Part shown: piece after piece, positions 11,570 through 23,200 of the stretch | Position numbering within the stretch: the stretch's first letter is position 1 | Layout: each line of letters begins with the position of its first letter | From: Octopus sinensis | Lineage: Eukaryota | Assembly: GCF_006345805.1 (NCBI RefSeq) | Contig: NW_021831662.1 | Span: forward strand, 1 to 34,774 | Reading direction: 5' to 3' | DNA: 34,774 bases | Position numbers and translations under genes: made by a program | The notes under the pieces: model-generated | Seen by the model: the letters and a program-made list of their open reading frames with translations, nothing else | Told to the model about the DNA's origin: nothing | Databases searched by the model: none

Positions 11570-11945
11570 TATGGCACCAGCAGACAAAATAGAAAAGGTG
11601 TTGCACCGGAGAATAGCGAAGGAGGATGTGTTAGAACATCCCATCTGATTCACGTTACTTGTACTTGCGGACAAAAATCTATACCCCGATATGGCCCGAC
11701 GGTCAAGAATGCTGGAGGAATCAACTGGAACAGGCTCAACAATAAACCTGTCAGAGAGAGACCGGTACCATCTCTGTTGTGTTTTTCTCGACCTGACGAG
11801 TAGCAGCGCCTGGACTGTTACCTGACAACACCAAATTGCGGCTGGAGGTGTCACATCATATAGCATCCCAGATGAGGGATCTACCGCCACGGGACAGGAA
11901 AATTGTCATACTGTCCGGCCTTGTATCGTCCCCTCGGTCTAGCCT
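11570..11945 (-). pseudogene. Degenerate CRE-clade non-LTR retrotransposon C-terminus (restriction-like endonuclease)
   Basis: Two frames join to LDRGDDTRPDSMTIFLSRGGRSLIWDAI*CDTSS...PGAATRQVEK / YRSLSDRFIVEPVPVDSS...FAILRCNTFSIL. This follows the CRE-type RPD...WD.TC.DT...K..KY..L...PVA.ET...A..RGN pattern, with one stop and a frameshift. Confidence 0.65.
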
Positions 11946-11999
11946 CGCTGACTCGAGGTGGGCAGGAGACTCTGCGCGAAAATCAGGACTTTTTTTATC

Positions 12000-12530
12000 A
12001 TAGAATATAAGTGATGAAAATTATTGATTTCAAATTTTGGCACTAAGCCAGCAATTTCGGGGTTGGCGGTAAATCGATTACATCGACATTAGTACTCAAC
12101 TGATACTTATTTTATCGACCCCGAAAGCATGAAAGGCAAGTGGAGAGAGAAGTGGAAACTTGTCGTGTGGAGCACTGTAGTTCTTGGATGGTTGATTTAA
12201 ACTATCATTCGACTTAAATCGCCGCTTGACACCCAAATACCTTTAGCAGTCTTCGTTCTATCCCAAGCATTTGGAAACCGTGGAAGCTCGTCATATGTAA
12301 ACGAGTGTGTGTGTGTGTGTGTGTTTGTACCACGCTACTGTTTAACAACCGGACTTTTTGGTTATTAAGATCCCCTTAACAACGGTTCGACGAGAGTCGT
12401 ATAGAAGAAGTACCAGATTAAGAAAAAAAGCAAGTCCTGGCATTGGTGTGCTTGACTTGACCCTTCACTTCGGCGCCCCAGAATGACCGCTGTCCATTGA
12501 CTGAAACAAGTAAAAGAAATAACACTGGTC
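12000..12530. mobile_element. Degraded SINE fragments (about 12000-12140 on -, about 12170-12530 on +)
   Basis: tacttattttatcgaccccgaaagcatgaaaggcaa on -; (GT)n followed by ggcgccccagaatgaccgc...gactgaaacaagtaaaaga tail on +. Confidence 0.55.
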
Positions 12531-13109
12531 GTTTATTCTTGGGAAGGAAAATGTGTGACACAATGTAATGATTAGCTGTGAAAAGTTCATCAAACACAAA
12601 CAAACAAAAAAAAAAAAACAAGCGGTCTGGGACGACGCGTAAATAACATTTGAGAAGTAATTTATTAAATTTTTTCTTAAAGCGATTGTTCAGTCACTGA
12701 TTTCGAAAAAAAAACCAACTAACAAAAACAGGAGTAACAAAAAAAGAAAACAAAAATAAAAACGAACAAAAAAATTGCAGCAAAACAAAAGGTATATTGA
12801 AACAAAATGGCGTATGAGAGAAAAAAAAACATCTGGAAGGGAAAAATGGCGGATAATTGAGAAAGTCAAAAGAAAGTGACGTCGGATGAAAAAGAGGTGT
12901 AGAGAAAACCGTAGATAAGTGTGATAAGAGTGAAATCAAATGAAGGCGACTTCAAATCATTGATTCCATCTTTATTGCTTATTTTAATTTTTTTAGACAC
13001 ATTTCAGGTAGCGTTCTCAGTGTTGTAAAGGAATGTATTAAGTTATAAACATGAACGCTGGTCGATACTGCGTTTGTCTTTTCCTGTGCTTGAGAACTTG
13101 TTCTTGCAG

Positions 13110-13190
13110 TTGACTCACAAGCCAAGATCGGCTCTGGTCCAGCAAACTCGTTATCAAATGATGTTTGGTTAATGAATGAGAATCACAATG
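13110..13190 (+). CDS. Candidate 81-nt symmetric phase-1 exon of an unidentified gene (xDSQAKIGSGPANSLSNDVWLMNENHN)
   Basis: ttgttcttgcAG acceptor in non-repetitive DNA; open in phase 1; AATG|GTGCGG donor is weak. No homology recognised. Confidence 0.3.
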
Positions 13191-14034
13191 GTGCGGTTAT
13201 GGGTTCACACTAGCCTGGACCAAGTCATTTACTGCGTATGTGGGCACGTATGGAGTTGGCCATATATATTTTATTCGGAATTTTTGAACATGCTTCTACA
13301 CTGTGGGGCGGTTGGTAGTTATGCTCTACCGAAATGCTTCTAAGCATTTTGCTCCGAGTGCTAACAACTTTACCAACTCAGCGCTTTCTAAGAAGAATTT
13401 TATTCTGTGCTGAGGAAGGGAAATAACCCGGAAATCGCGATACACAGATATTGTTTTCAGCTGAGAGGGGGTGCTAGATTCCTTTGTTCGAAAATATAAG
13501 GACACAGATCATGTCATATAGCCACTTGGAGACGATGTCAACATTAGTTCTAAACCAGGACTGCCATGTTGTGTTGGCAAACAATCTTTACTCCAAGGTA
13601 CTGTTGCTGAATATTTCTCGTTGTGAGATTTACAAATAGTAATTTATTAAAAAATATTTTATGCATGTAACATTTTGAAAGCTATTAGTTTTATCAAGAA
13701 GTTGAAATTCCTTGGTGGCAGCAATAAGCACTCGAGGAGCCCTCTTAATATGCCTGAGGTTATTCACCAGTATTAGATGAAATATATATGTCTGGAAATA
13801 TTTGAAACAAACTTACGGCCCTAAAACAGTTCATGGAGACATTCCTACATGCAGTTTGTTATGGAAAAATTGAAATTTTATCCAAATTCCATGAAACCAA
13901 TATTCTAATTTTTTATCATGCCAGTTGCGTTAGGCTTTATCTCTTGTCCTTTCATCTCTGCTAAATTCTTCTTTTCAATACACGCCCACCCACGAAAGCT
14001 GGAATATTGCCAGTCTGTCGTTAACATGCCAAAG

Positions 14035-14123
14035 TAGTAGTAGTAGTAATAATAATAATAACAACAACAACAACAATGATAATAATAACAGCGACAACAA
14101 CAATGATGATTATGATGATGATG

Positions 14124-14188
<65 letters not shown>

Positions 14189-14190
14189 TA
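14035..14190. repeat. (AGT)/(AAC)/(GAT)/(AAT)n compound microsatellite
   Basis: Seen directly. Confidence 0.95.
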
Positions 14191-14389
14191 GGGGAAAATG
14201 GGGAAAAAAACGGGGGAAAAAAAATAATAATGTCCTGAAGCAGTACCAGGCAGTGGCTCTCATGGCTTTTGATCTTAACTTATCGGAAGTGTTATCATGT
14301 ACATGTTTTGTCTTGGTGCAAAAGATGGACTACATCAAATATTCTGCTCAATATTTGCTTAGATTTGCTTGTCAGATTTGCCTAACCAG

Positions 14390-14642
14390 TTGAGCATGTC
14401 CCTTAGTGGTTGACGATATGTGCATCTCTGGTCACGAGCAGAAGTAGTGGAGGAGTATTATAGCCACGTGTTGAGAGGGAGGAAGGGACCAGTCGATTGC
14501 ATCGACCCAGTACGTTATTCTTACTTAGTTTATCGACCCTGAAAGAAGGAAAAGCAAAGTCGACCTCGGTGGAATTTGAACTCAGAACGTAAATGCCACT
14601 AAACATTTTTTCCGGCGTGCTAACGATTCCGCCAGCTCGCCA
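14390..14642 (-). mobile_element. tRNA-derived SINE (gtcgactttgc family)
   Basis: Reverse complement begins ggcgagctggcggaatcgttagcacgccgg...ctgagttcaaattccaccgaggtcgactttgcttttcc. Confidence 0.75.
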
Positions 14643-14894
14643 ATAATAATAATTACTATTATCTGGTTTCAAGGAAATATGTATTTGGTTTCGGTTTCAA
14701 GAGAATGTTATTTTGTAATGGCAAATTTATACCATTTTTTCTTTATAGAATTATCTTGACTACGTTTCAATGGAATTCAGAAAATTTCCTCTTAAACGTA
14801 GTTAGATGTAAGCCACACCAATATATAAATCAACGTGGTCTGCAATTTTTGATAAATATGTATACGTGTATATGAGTTCATGTTACTACTGGGT

Positions 14895-15340
14895 CGCTAT
14901 GACACTGTTATCGCTACATACACACATACATACATACATTCATACATACATACATACAAACATACATACATACATACAAACATACATACATACATACATA
15001 CATATGCATACAGACACATACATACATGCAAACATACATACATACATGCATACATAGACATCCATATATACACGCAGACATGCATACATACATAAATACA
15101 TACATACACACATATACATACATACATACATTTATACATGTGTAGTAATATACATTCACATACATATGTAAACTTCCTCATATGCGCATACATACATACA
15201 CACACATACATACACACATACATATGTGCAAACATACATACATACATACATACACACAGGCATACATACCTATATCTATACATACATACATTTATACATG
15301 TGTAGTAATATACATTCACATATATGTAAACACCCTCATA
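14895..15340. repeat. Degenerate (ACAT)n tract with an internal duplication of about 45 bp
   Basis: catttatacatgtgtagtaatatacattcacat occurs at about 15129 and 15289. Confidence 0.85.
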
Positions 15341-15589
15341 TACATAATACGTGTAAGGGAATTAACAATGGATCGCCATCCGATCAAAATACTTCTTCTG
15401 TTCTCGGCATATAAAACTATAGCAGGCTATCAAAAAAGACTTCTGGTTGGCATTGTATTCTACGTATTCCAGGGTCGAAGGTCATGTCGAATCCATCATC
15501 AGTCAAATTTGTAAATCCATGGTTAAGATGGTATGTTTTTATAGAATGATGCATAAAATAGAAAGAAATAATGATTGATATATATATGT

Positions 15590-15797
15590 GACCATGTGTG
15601 TATCGCTGAAGATTTTTTTCCCTCCGTCTTCCCTTCCTTAGATCTTTCCTTTTTCTATGTTTCTGACGAAGAGCTCCGCTCGAAACGTTAAATCCTCCTT
15701 CTTTCTATCCTTTCCTGAGCGTCCAATAACACTATAGTTGTTTCACGCCCTCGCGTTGTTGTGTTTTCTCTTTGTGTTTTCATGTTTGGATTAAATA
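15590..15797 (+). mobile_element. Penelope-like pseudo-LTR fragment
   Basis: Pyrimidine-rich segment between (TA)n runs carrying a minimal hammerhead motif. Confidence 0.55.
15659..15693 (+). ncRNA. Minimal type I hammerhead ribozyme motif
   Basis: Stem I GUUU/AAAU, core CUGACGA, extra A, stem II GAGC/GCUC, GAAA, self-complementary ACGU stem III, GUU cleavage triplet. Activity untested. Confidence 0.55.
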
Positions 15798-16374
15798 TAT
15801 ATATATATATAAATTTATTATAAGCTTACAGCTGTTTCGGATATGTATATGGATTAGGTTCGTCGTTTAAATTGATGTGTTTACGTATTGAGGCTGATAA
15901 CATTGCGGTAGCAGTTTCCCATATTTTCAATCGATCAATCGATCGAATGATAAGATTAAACTGTGACCACACCTAAACGCATATCTGAAACAGCTGTAAG
16001 CATATAGTAACAAATTAATGTATATAACCCATTATTTCTGACTGCTTTATATACATACATACATTCATCCATGCGTACATACATACATTCATCCATGCGT
16101 ACATACATACATACATACATACATACATACATACATACATACATACACACATACATACATACATACATACTTGCATACATACACATACACATATACACGC
16201 ACAAACACACACACATATATATATGTATATGTATATATTTATGTGTGCATATATATATACGTACATATTTATATATAAATATGTATATATGTATATGTAC
16301 ACACTTATGTATGTATATATATAGATTTGCGCGTGTGTGTGAGCATGTGTGTGTATATATTTTACTCTTTTAGT

Positions 16375-16760
16375 CTTTTACACGTTTTAATCCTTTGACT
16401 GCAGCCCTGCAGGAGCACCGTTTTTAGGCGAAAAGATCGAGCCCAGGAGTTATTGTTTGTGAGTCTAGTACTTATTTTAACGGTCTCTTACGCAGAACCG
16501 CTAAGCTTCGGTGACACAAACACATCAACATCGACTGTCATGAGTTGGGGGGGGGGGGCAAAGACAAACCCAAAGACGCACACATATAAATATATACACA
16601 CATATATATATACACGACGGGCTTCTTTCAGTTCCTGTCTACCAAATCCATTCAGAAAGCTTTGGTCGGCCGAGGCCGTAGTAGAAGACACTTTCCCAAG
16701 GTGCGGCTGAACTCAGAACCATGTGGTTAGGAAGCAAGTTGCTTATCACGCAGCTACGTA
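16375..16760 (-). mobile_element. Near full-length CORE-like SINE with internal microsatellite
   Basis: Reverse complement: cgtagctgcgtgataagcaacttgcttcctaaccacatggttctgagttcag...ggtagacaggaactgaaagaagcccgtcgtg(TA)n...cttagcggttctgc...ggtgctcctgcagggctgcagtcaaagg. Confidence 0.75.
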
Positions 16761-17184
16761 TCTCCCTATATATATATGGGTATATAAATATTCTATAATA
16801 ATATACATAATTATAATAAGGGATTGGCTATAAGCCTCTCCACGTGCTGAAAAACAAACGTCAAAAGACACTATTACCACCTTAAAATCTCCGAGAATAA
16901 CACACTGATACTTGATACTATGAGTTGAGTAGCTTAATGTTTAGTAGAGGTTCAAATTGCACAACTCGTTACATGATCTTCAGAAAATTATTTAAGCAAC
17001 TGAACGAGAGGATTAAATCTTTCATTGTCCATCAAAGTATGTGTACAGCTGTGTTGTTAAGAATTTTGTTTTGTACCTATGTGCGTTTTAGTTTTGTACA
17101 GTGGGGTGGCATCTTAGCTACTTTCTATTACTGATTGAGGACCGTCTTACAGACAGCTGTATGTTTGTGTATTTATTATAATGT

Positions 17185-17450
17185 AATGTAATGCAATGTA
17201 ATATCACGTGATCACGTGATCGACCCAGTTATGAAATGTTGTTACACATGGCTGGTCTCAATGCACTTTTGCATTGTTTTAGTCTATAAATGACAACGCC
17301 CCGTTGGCTAGGAGTGCAGACCAACAATCCCTGCCCCCCGCCGCCTGATCGAAGTGGGGCTGTAGCAATATGAAATGAAGTGTTTTGCTCAAGAACACAA
17401 CGCGCCGCCCTGTCAGGGGATCGGACCCACGATTTAGTGATCGTGTCTAC
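17185..17450 (-). mobile_element. CORE-like SINE with tail D and (TACAT)n end
   Basis: gtgttttgctcaagaacacaacgcg (antisense CORE-like), cacgtgatcacgtgatcgacc tail and atgta repeats. Confidence 0.6.
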
Positions 17451-18045
17451 AACACACACGCACACACACACACGTATGCACACACATATGTGTCTGTGTG
17501 TGTGTTTGTATGCGTGTGTGTGTGTGTGTGTGTAAAGAAACATGCGATAAGGGGAATAACTCAAAGTGACCAGCGTTAGGCATTTGAATAACTGAGACTA
17601 ATACAAATATGTCAAATAACATGCAAGATAAATTCTAAATATATTTAAACTAGCTCCGCCTTCAGCGGATGTGCTTTAATTATGAAATATCAATTAGGGC
17701 CAGCTATTATATATTCGTATTTATGTGCTTTCTGAGTATATTCCACTGATGAAGGCAGAGCATTTCTTATGCAGAGTCAGAAGTCCGGGATCTGGAATTA
17801 TACAGTAATTCTTTTAATAGTTTATTTTGTCGTTTTGTCTCCTCTCCTGGTGCTGTATGAACATTTAATGTGGTTTTAGAGTCAAGTAGTGACTGCTATT
17901 TCCAGCGTGGTGGTATCTCTTAGATACCCTAAATTACAATTTTAAATAATTATTACCTTTGAAGGTTTTTATTCCCATGCTGGCCACCTGAGAAAATCGG
18001 TATTTAAATATCGATCTTGTCCTTATTTATATAAATTTACACACA

Positions 18046-18077
<32 letters not shown>

Positions 18078-18078
18078 T

Positions 18079-18111
<33 letters not shown>

Positions 18112-18126
18112 CACACATACACACAT

Positions 18127-18157
<31 letters not shown>

Positions 18158-18508
18158 CACAATTAAAAATACACATAAAATTCACAACTTCACCAGCGAG
18201 TGAAAAATACGTAGCTACACGAGAAATAAGTAGAGGACAATTGAAAATACCTCACAAAAATACACATTAAGTGCAAGATGTTACCAACGACTCGAAAATA
18301 TGTAAACACGCAGAGATAAGTACTGCCATTTTTTCACTCGTTGGTAATATCTTGTCCTTCATGTGTATTTTTTCTATTTTTTTTGTATTTGTCCTGTACG
18401 TATTTCTCGTCTGTTTACGTATTTTTCATTCGCTGGTGATCTCCTGTACTTGAAGTGTATTTTTAATTGTTTATAATTGAGCGCCACGCAGCCTTTGTCA
18501 ACAGTATG

Positions 18509-18587
<79 letters not shown>

Positions 18588-18839
18588 ATATATGTGTGTG
18601 TATGTGTGTGTGTGTGTGTGTGTGGTGTGTGTGTGTGTGTGTGTGAGTGTACATATATGTGTATGTAATTTATTTTTAGAGATAAATTTTCTATCTATAT
18701 AGATGACACACTGAAGCGTTCAAGAATTTTGAGCCATAGGCGAAATAGGAAAAATAATAATGAGAATGTTACCAATACACATATAATGAAATATATTTCG
18801 TTATAAAAATATTATGTTGCTCCTGTCTTTTCATTCCTG

Positions 18840-18980
18840 TCTTCTTCTGTCCTTCTTTTCTTCCTTCTTCTTCTTCTTCTTCTTCTTCTTCTTCTTCTTC
18901 TTCTTTTTCTTCTTATTCTTCTTCTTTTCTTCTTCTTCTTCTTCTTCTTCTTCTCTCTTCTTATTATTATTATTATATTA
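18840..18980. repeat. (CTT)n and (TTA)n microsatellites at the 3' junction of the R4/Dong-like element
   Basis: Seen directly. Confidence 0.9.
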
Positions 18981-21548
18981 CTTCTTTTTTTTCTTCTTTC
19001 AATTTTCTTCCATTTCTTGCCGAGTGTCTTCCCGACTCCTAGGGCAAAGAAACTCATAGTGTATATTGGTAGGCCATTAAAGCAAACTCAGTAGTTCGTT
19101 CATTTTTTTTTTTTTTTTTTTTTTAAAGTTAAATTAAAATACATGAGCAGCAACAGTTCTCACATCGACAATGCTCTTCTCAATACCTGTGATGTACCAG
19201 TTAAGACAATATTTTGCACTTCTTGCAGGGATGGTAAGCCAGGGATCATTCTCATATAATTTCGGTTCCCTTCTTGATCATTCCTAGTGCTCCTACGATC
19301 ACTGGTATTGTAACCGCCTTGAGATGCCACATTTTCTCAATTTCAATGAGTAGGTCTTTATATTTTCTGAGCTTGTCAAACTCTTTCGCTGAGATATTAT
19401 GATCACAGGGGATGCTCATGTCGATCAATAAGCAAATTTATTGTTTTGGTCTTTCACAACAATATCTGGTTTATTGGCCTTGATGGTTCGGTCTGTATGT
19501 ACTGGAAAGTCCCACAGAATGGTTACATTTTCTCCTTCAGTTACAGCCTCAGGGTGGTGATTATACCACTTGTCGGCAGTTTTGATATGTAATGCCGACT
19601 TATTAGCCAGTGGAGATATTGGCCAAATCTGTCATGTCTTAATTTATACTCCACGTGGTGCTAAGACTTTACATCCAGAGATTAGGTGGTCCACTGTTTC
19701 AATCATGTCGTTGCAGAATCGGCATTTGGGGTCTGCTCCATTTTTCATCACATGGCCTGGTAGTTCCGGGTTAATAGGCTTTGGTCTTGAGCAGCCAGGA
19801 TGAAACCTTCGCTCTCTGCTTTTAGCCCTGAGCTCCGCAGCACTGATGGGTTTGCTTCTGGTCAACATCAGCTGTTTGCTGCGGGTCACATCTTTGCCGT
19901 GCAGAGGTTTCTCCTCCACCTATCAGCCAATTGCTCGTGCGCTTTTTTTTCATTGCCATCATTTTCACCTTCTTTGCAACAATAGTTGGCCGTACTTCCC
20001 TCAGGTTGTTCAGTTTGGGTATCCTGCACGAGATCAATAGCAAATTTGTTGCTTTCCTTGATGATAGAATGAAGCTTCTTTCGTCTCTCGTGATTTTCCA
20101 CGAGCTTTAGCATCCAGTCATTCGATATTTCGATATATTTGGCCAGTCCAATTGTGGTTGTTTTGTAAGCTAGTTCAAATTGGATCAGGCCTCGACCTCT
20201 TGGCTCTGGGAAGGTAAAGGCGATCTACGTCTGCCTTTGGGTGGTGCATCCTATTACAACTCAGCAGCTTGCGTATTTTTCTATCTATATTCTTTACTTC
20301 ACTCATATTCCAGTTCAACACATTGTAGCTATAAGTAACAACTGGAACTGCTAAGGAATTTATAGCTAACACCTTGTACGTGCATTTAGTTCAGATTTCA
20401 GGACTGCACGAACTCTCCTATAACATTCCTTCCTGATTTTCTCTTTCATGCTTGCATGCTGAATACCAGAGCCTTCATTTATCCCTAAATATTTGTATGT
20501 CTGTTCTTGCTCAAGCTCTCTTATGACTGTGTCAACATCTAACACGACTGAATTTGTGGTCTCACTTTCCCTTTCTGGAAAGTGGCCTTGGCACACTTCT
20601 CAAGTCCAAACTCCATCCCGATGTCATCGCTGAATGCTTTCACGGTGCGCAATAGTCCTTCAAGTTCATTATTGTCTTTACCATAAAGTTTTAAGTCATC
20701 CATATAAAATAGATGGCTTATTTTTTTATTGACAATTTATTACCCATACCCTGTTCTGTTAATTCACTTGTAAGGGGTATTAGGGCTATGCAGAATATTA
20801 AAGGTGAAAGTGAGTCACCTTGAAAAATTCCACAGTTGATGTTTATATTTTCTGAGGCAAGTACTCCATAGAGTGGTATAATTGGAGATTCGTATTCCAC
20901 AACGACATATTGTGCTTCAGGAAGTTTGAAATCACAGGGAAATTTTAAAGATGTCCAGGATCTCAAGATCCAAGGATACGGTATACTGTCGAAGGCCTTT
21001 TATAGTCAATCCATGCGGTGCTGAGATTTCTGCGCTTGTTGTGACAGTTCTCAAGGATCATACGATTGATTAGCAGTTGATCTTTGCATCCGTAAGAGCC
21101 TCGGCGGCACCCTTTTTGTTCAATGGGGAAAATATCGTTCTTCTCCATGAATGCATATGTTTTCTCCGCCAGGATAGATGTTAGGATTTTATACGTGGTG
21201 GATAGACAGGTTATAGGCCGATAGTTTTTGGGAAGGTTGGTTTCGTTATTCTTTGGGAGTAGGTAAGTAATGCCACTTGCTAACCATTCAGGTGTTTTCT
21301 TTGGGTATCTCAAAATTCCATTGAGCAGCTGAACTAGCTTGCCGTGTGCGCACGGGAGCGATGCGAGCCAGAAATTCGGCACCCTATCTTTACCGGGGGA
21401 TTCCAATTATGGACCTTCGTGAGTGCCTTTCTTAGGTCTGCTATTGTGATGTCTTCCCATGCTTGTTGTTGTAAATTTTGGTAGGATCCTTCAGTTTGTA
21501 TAATCCAGTCTGCATTTATGTTGTACGTCTTCTTGTCACTCCAAATCC
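18981..21548 (-). mobile_element. 5'-truncated R4/Dong-clade non-LTR retrotransposon (RT + CCHC + restriction-like endonuclease), frameshifted
   Basis: Motifs in order: NW[K]SPGKD..PNFW; NYRPITCLSTTYK; QKGCRRGSYGCKDQL; GIFQGDSLSPL; HLFYMDDLKLY; YKYLG; CRFC...ETVDHLISGC; WDFPVHTDRTIKANKPDIV; LIDMSIP..KL.KY; PVIVGALG. Stop near 19160, several frameshifts, (TAA)n on both sides. Confidence 0.9.
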
Positions 21549-21579
<31 letters not shown>

Positions 21580-21736
21580 TATTATTATTATTATTATTAT
21601 ATTATTATTATTATTATTATTATTCAGTAGTTTTATTTTTATAGCGTGCTTTCACTACCGAGCGCAGCTCTGTTGATTAGGTGTGTGCGGTATTGTTGTG
21701 ATGCTCTGATGGTTATTATGATTATTATTATTATTA

Positions 21737-21814
<78 letters not shown>

Positions 21815-22072
21815 CCTATATACTCAACAGATTAGTCTGTTGGAAAAGAAAAGGAACCTAACATCGGGCTACAAGTAGCCTTAGATGCCAAGAACCCTTC
21901 TAAGTATTCTAGCTGTCCCTAATAACACTGTTTTCTGCCGCTGTACTAAACTGGTTTTATGCCTATTTCCTCTATCCATCAGTTCAAACCTTTAGGGATA
22001 GTTCTAAATGCACCTATAACTACTGGGATACATTTTACCCACACTTTCCATAGTCCCTATACTTCAATAATG

Positions 22073-22130
<58 letters not shown>

Positions 22131-22159
22131 TGATGATGATGATGATGATAATAATAATG

Positions 22160-22191
<32 letters not shown>

Positions 22192-22297
22192 TATTATTAT
22201 TCATTATTATTATTGTTATTATTATCATCATCATCATCATAATTATCATCATCTTCATCGTTTTTGTTGCTATTATTATTATCATTCATTATTATTA

Positions 22298-22345
<48 letters not shown>
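21549..22345. repeat. (TTA)n/(AAT)n array interrupted by retroelement ends
   Basis: Runs at 21549-21623, 21714-21813, 22069-22200 and 22270-22345. Confidence 0.9.
21815..22068 (-). mobile_element. Short 3' end of a second, divergent R4/Dong-like element
   Basis: Translates IEV*GLWKVWVKCIPVVIGAFRTIPKGL...QKTVLLGTARILRRVLGI*, homologous to the C-terminus of the 18981-21548 element, then a short UTR and (TAA)n. Confidence 0.75.
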
Positions 22346-22346
<1 letters not shown>

Positions 22347-22519
22347 GAAAGCGACAAGTCGACAGAATTGTTCTAGTCGAACAAGATGCTTAGCTTCGTT
22401 ACTTCCGGTTTCTTACGCTCCGAATTTGTATCCCTTTCCTGTGGCTCAAGAAAACAAAAGAATCGATCAACCACTAGAATCGTCGGTTGGACACAACGTT
22501 GAAACCGTTTTTCTTATCG

Positions 22520-23200
22520 ATTGCAAGTTTTGGCACAAGGCCACAGTTTCGGTGTGTGAAGGGGTTGGGGTTAAGTCGATTGCATCGATGCCCAGTGTTT
22601 GTTTCGAACCTATTTTTATGGATCCTGAAATGATGAAAGGCTGAGTCGACCTCGGCGGAATTTGAACTCACCAAGTAAAGACGGACGCAATACATATTTC
22701 TTTACTACCCACAAGGGGCTAAACACATAGGGGACAAACAAGGACAGAAAAACGGATTGAGTCGATAACATTGACCCCAGTGCGTAACTGGTACTTATTT
22801 AATCGACCCCGAAAGGATGAAAGGCAAAGTCGACTTCGGTGGAATTTGAATTCAGAACGTAGCGGCAGACGAAATACCGCTAAGCATTTCGTCTGCGTTA
22901 CGTTGTGAGTTCAAATTCCGCCGAGGTCGACTTTGCCTTTCATCCTTTCGGGGTCGATAAATATAGTACCAGTTACACACTGGGGTCGATGTAATCGATT
23001 TAATACCTATGTCTGTCCTTGTTTGTCCCCTCTGTGTTTAGCCCCTTGTGGGTAATAAAGAAATAGGTATTTTGTCCGTCTTTTGCTATGCATCTTTCAG
23101 GTGCGATAAATTAAGTACCAGTCAAGTACTGGGGCCGATGTGATCGACTATCCCCTTTTCTCCACGAATTCCAGACCTTATTGCCTATAACAGACAGGAT
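22520..23200. mobile_element. Cluster of four gtcgactttgcc-family SINE pieces, including a head-to-head fold-back pair (22695-23065)
   Basis: Two minus pieces followed by two plus pieces; arms of about 180 bp meet at GCAGACGAAAT-accgctaagc-ATTTCGTCTGC (22865-22896). Confidence 0.85.

Noticed and set aside
11429-11890. 153-aa ORF as a novel gene
   Set aside because: Better explained as one frame of a frameshifted CRE-like retroelement.
17745-17790. CTGATGAAGGC as another hammerhead
   Set aside because: No closing stem II or GAAA follows.
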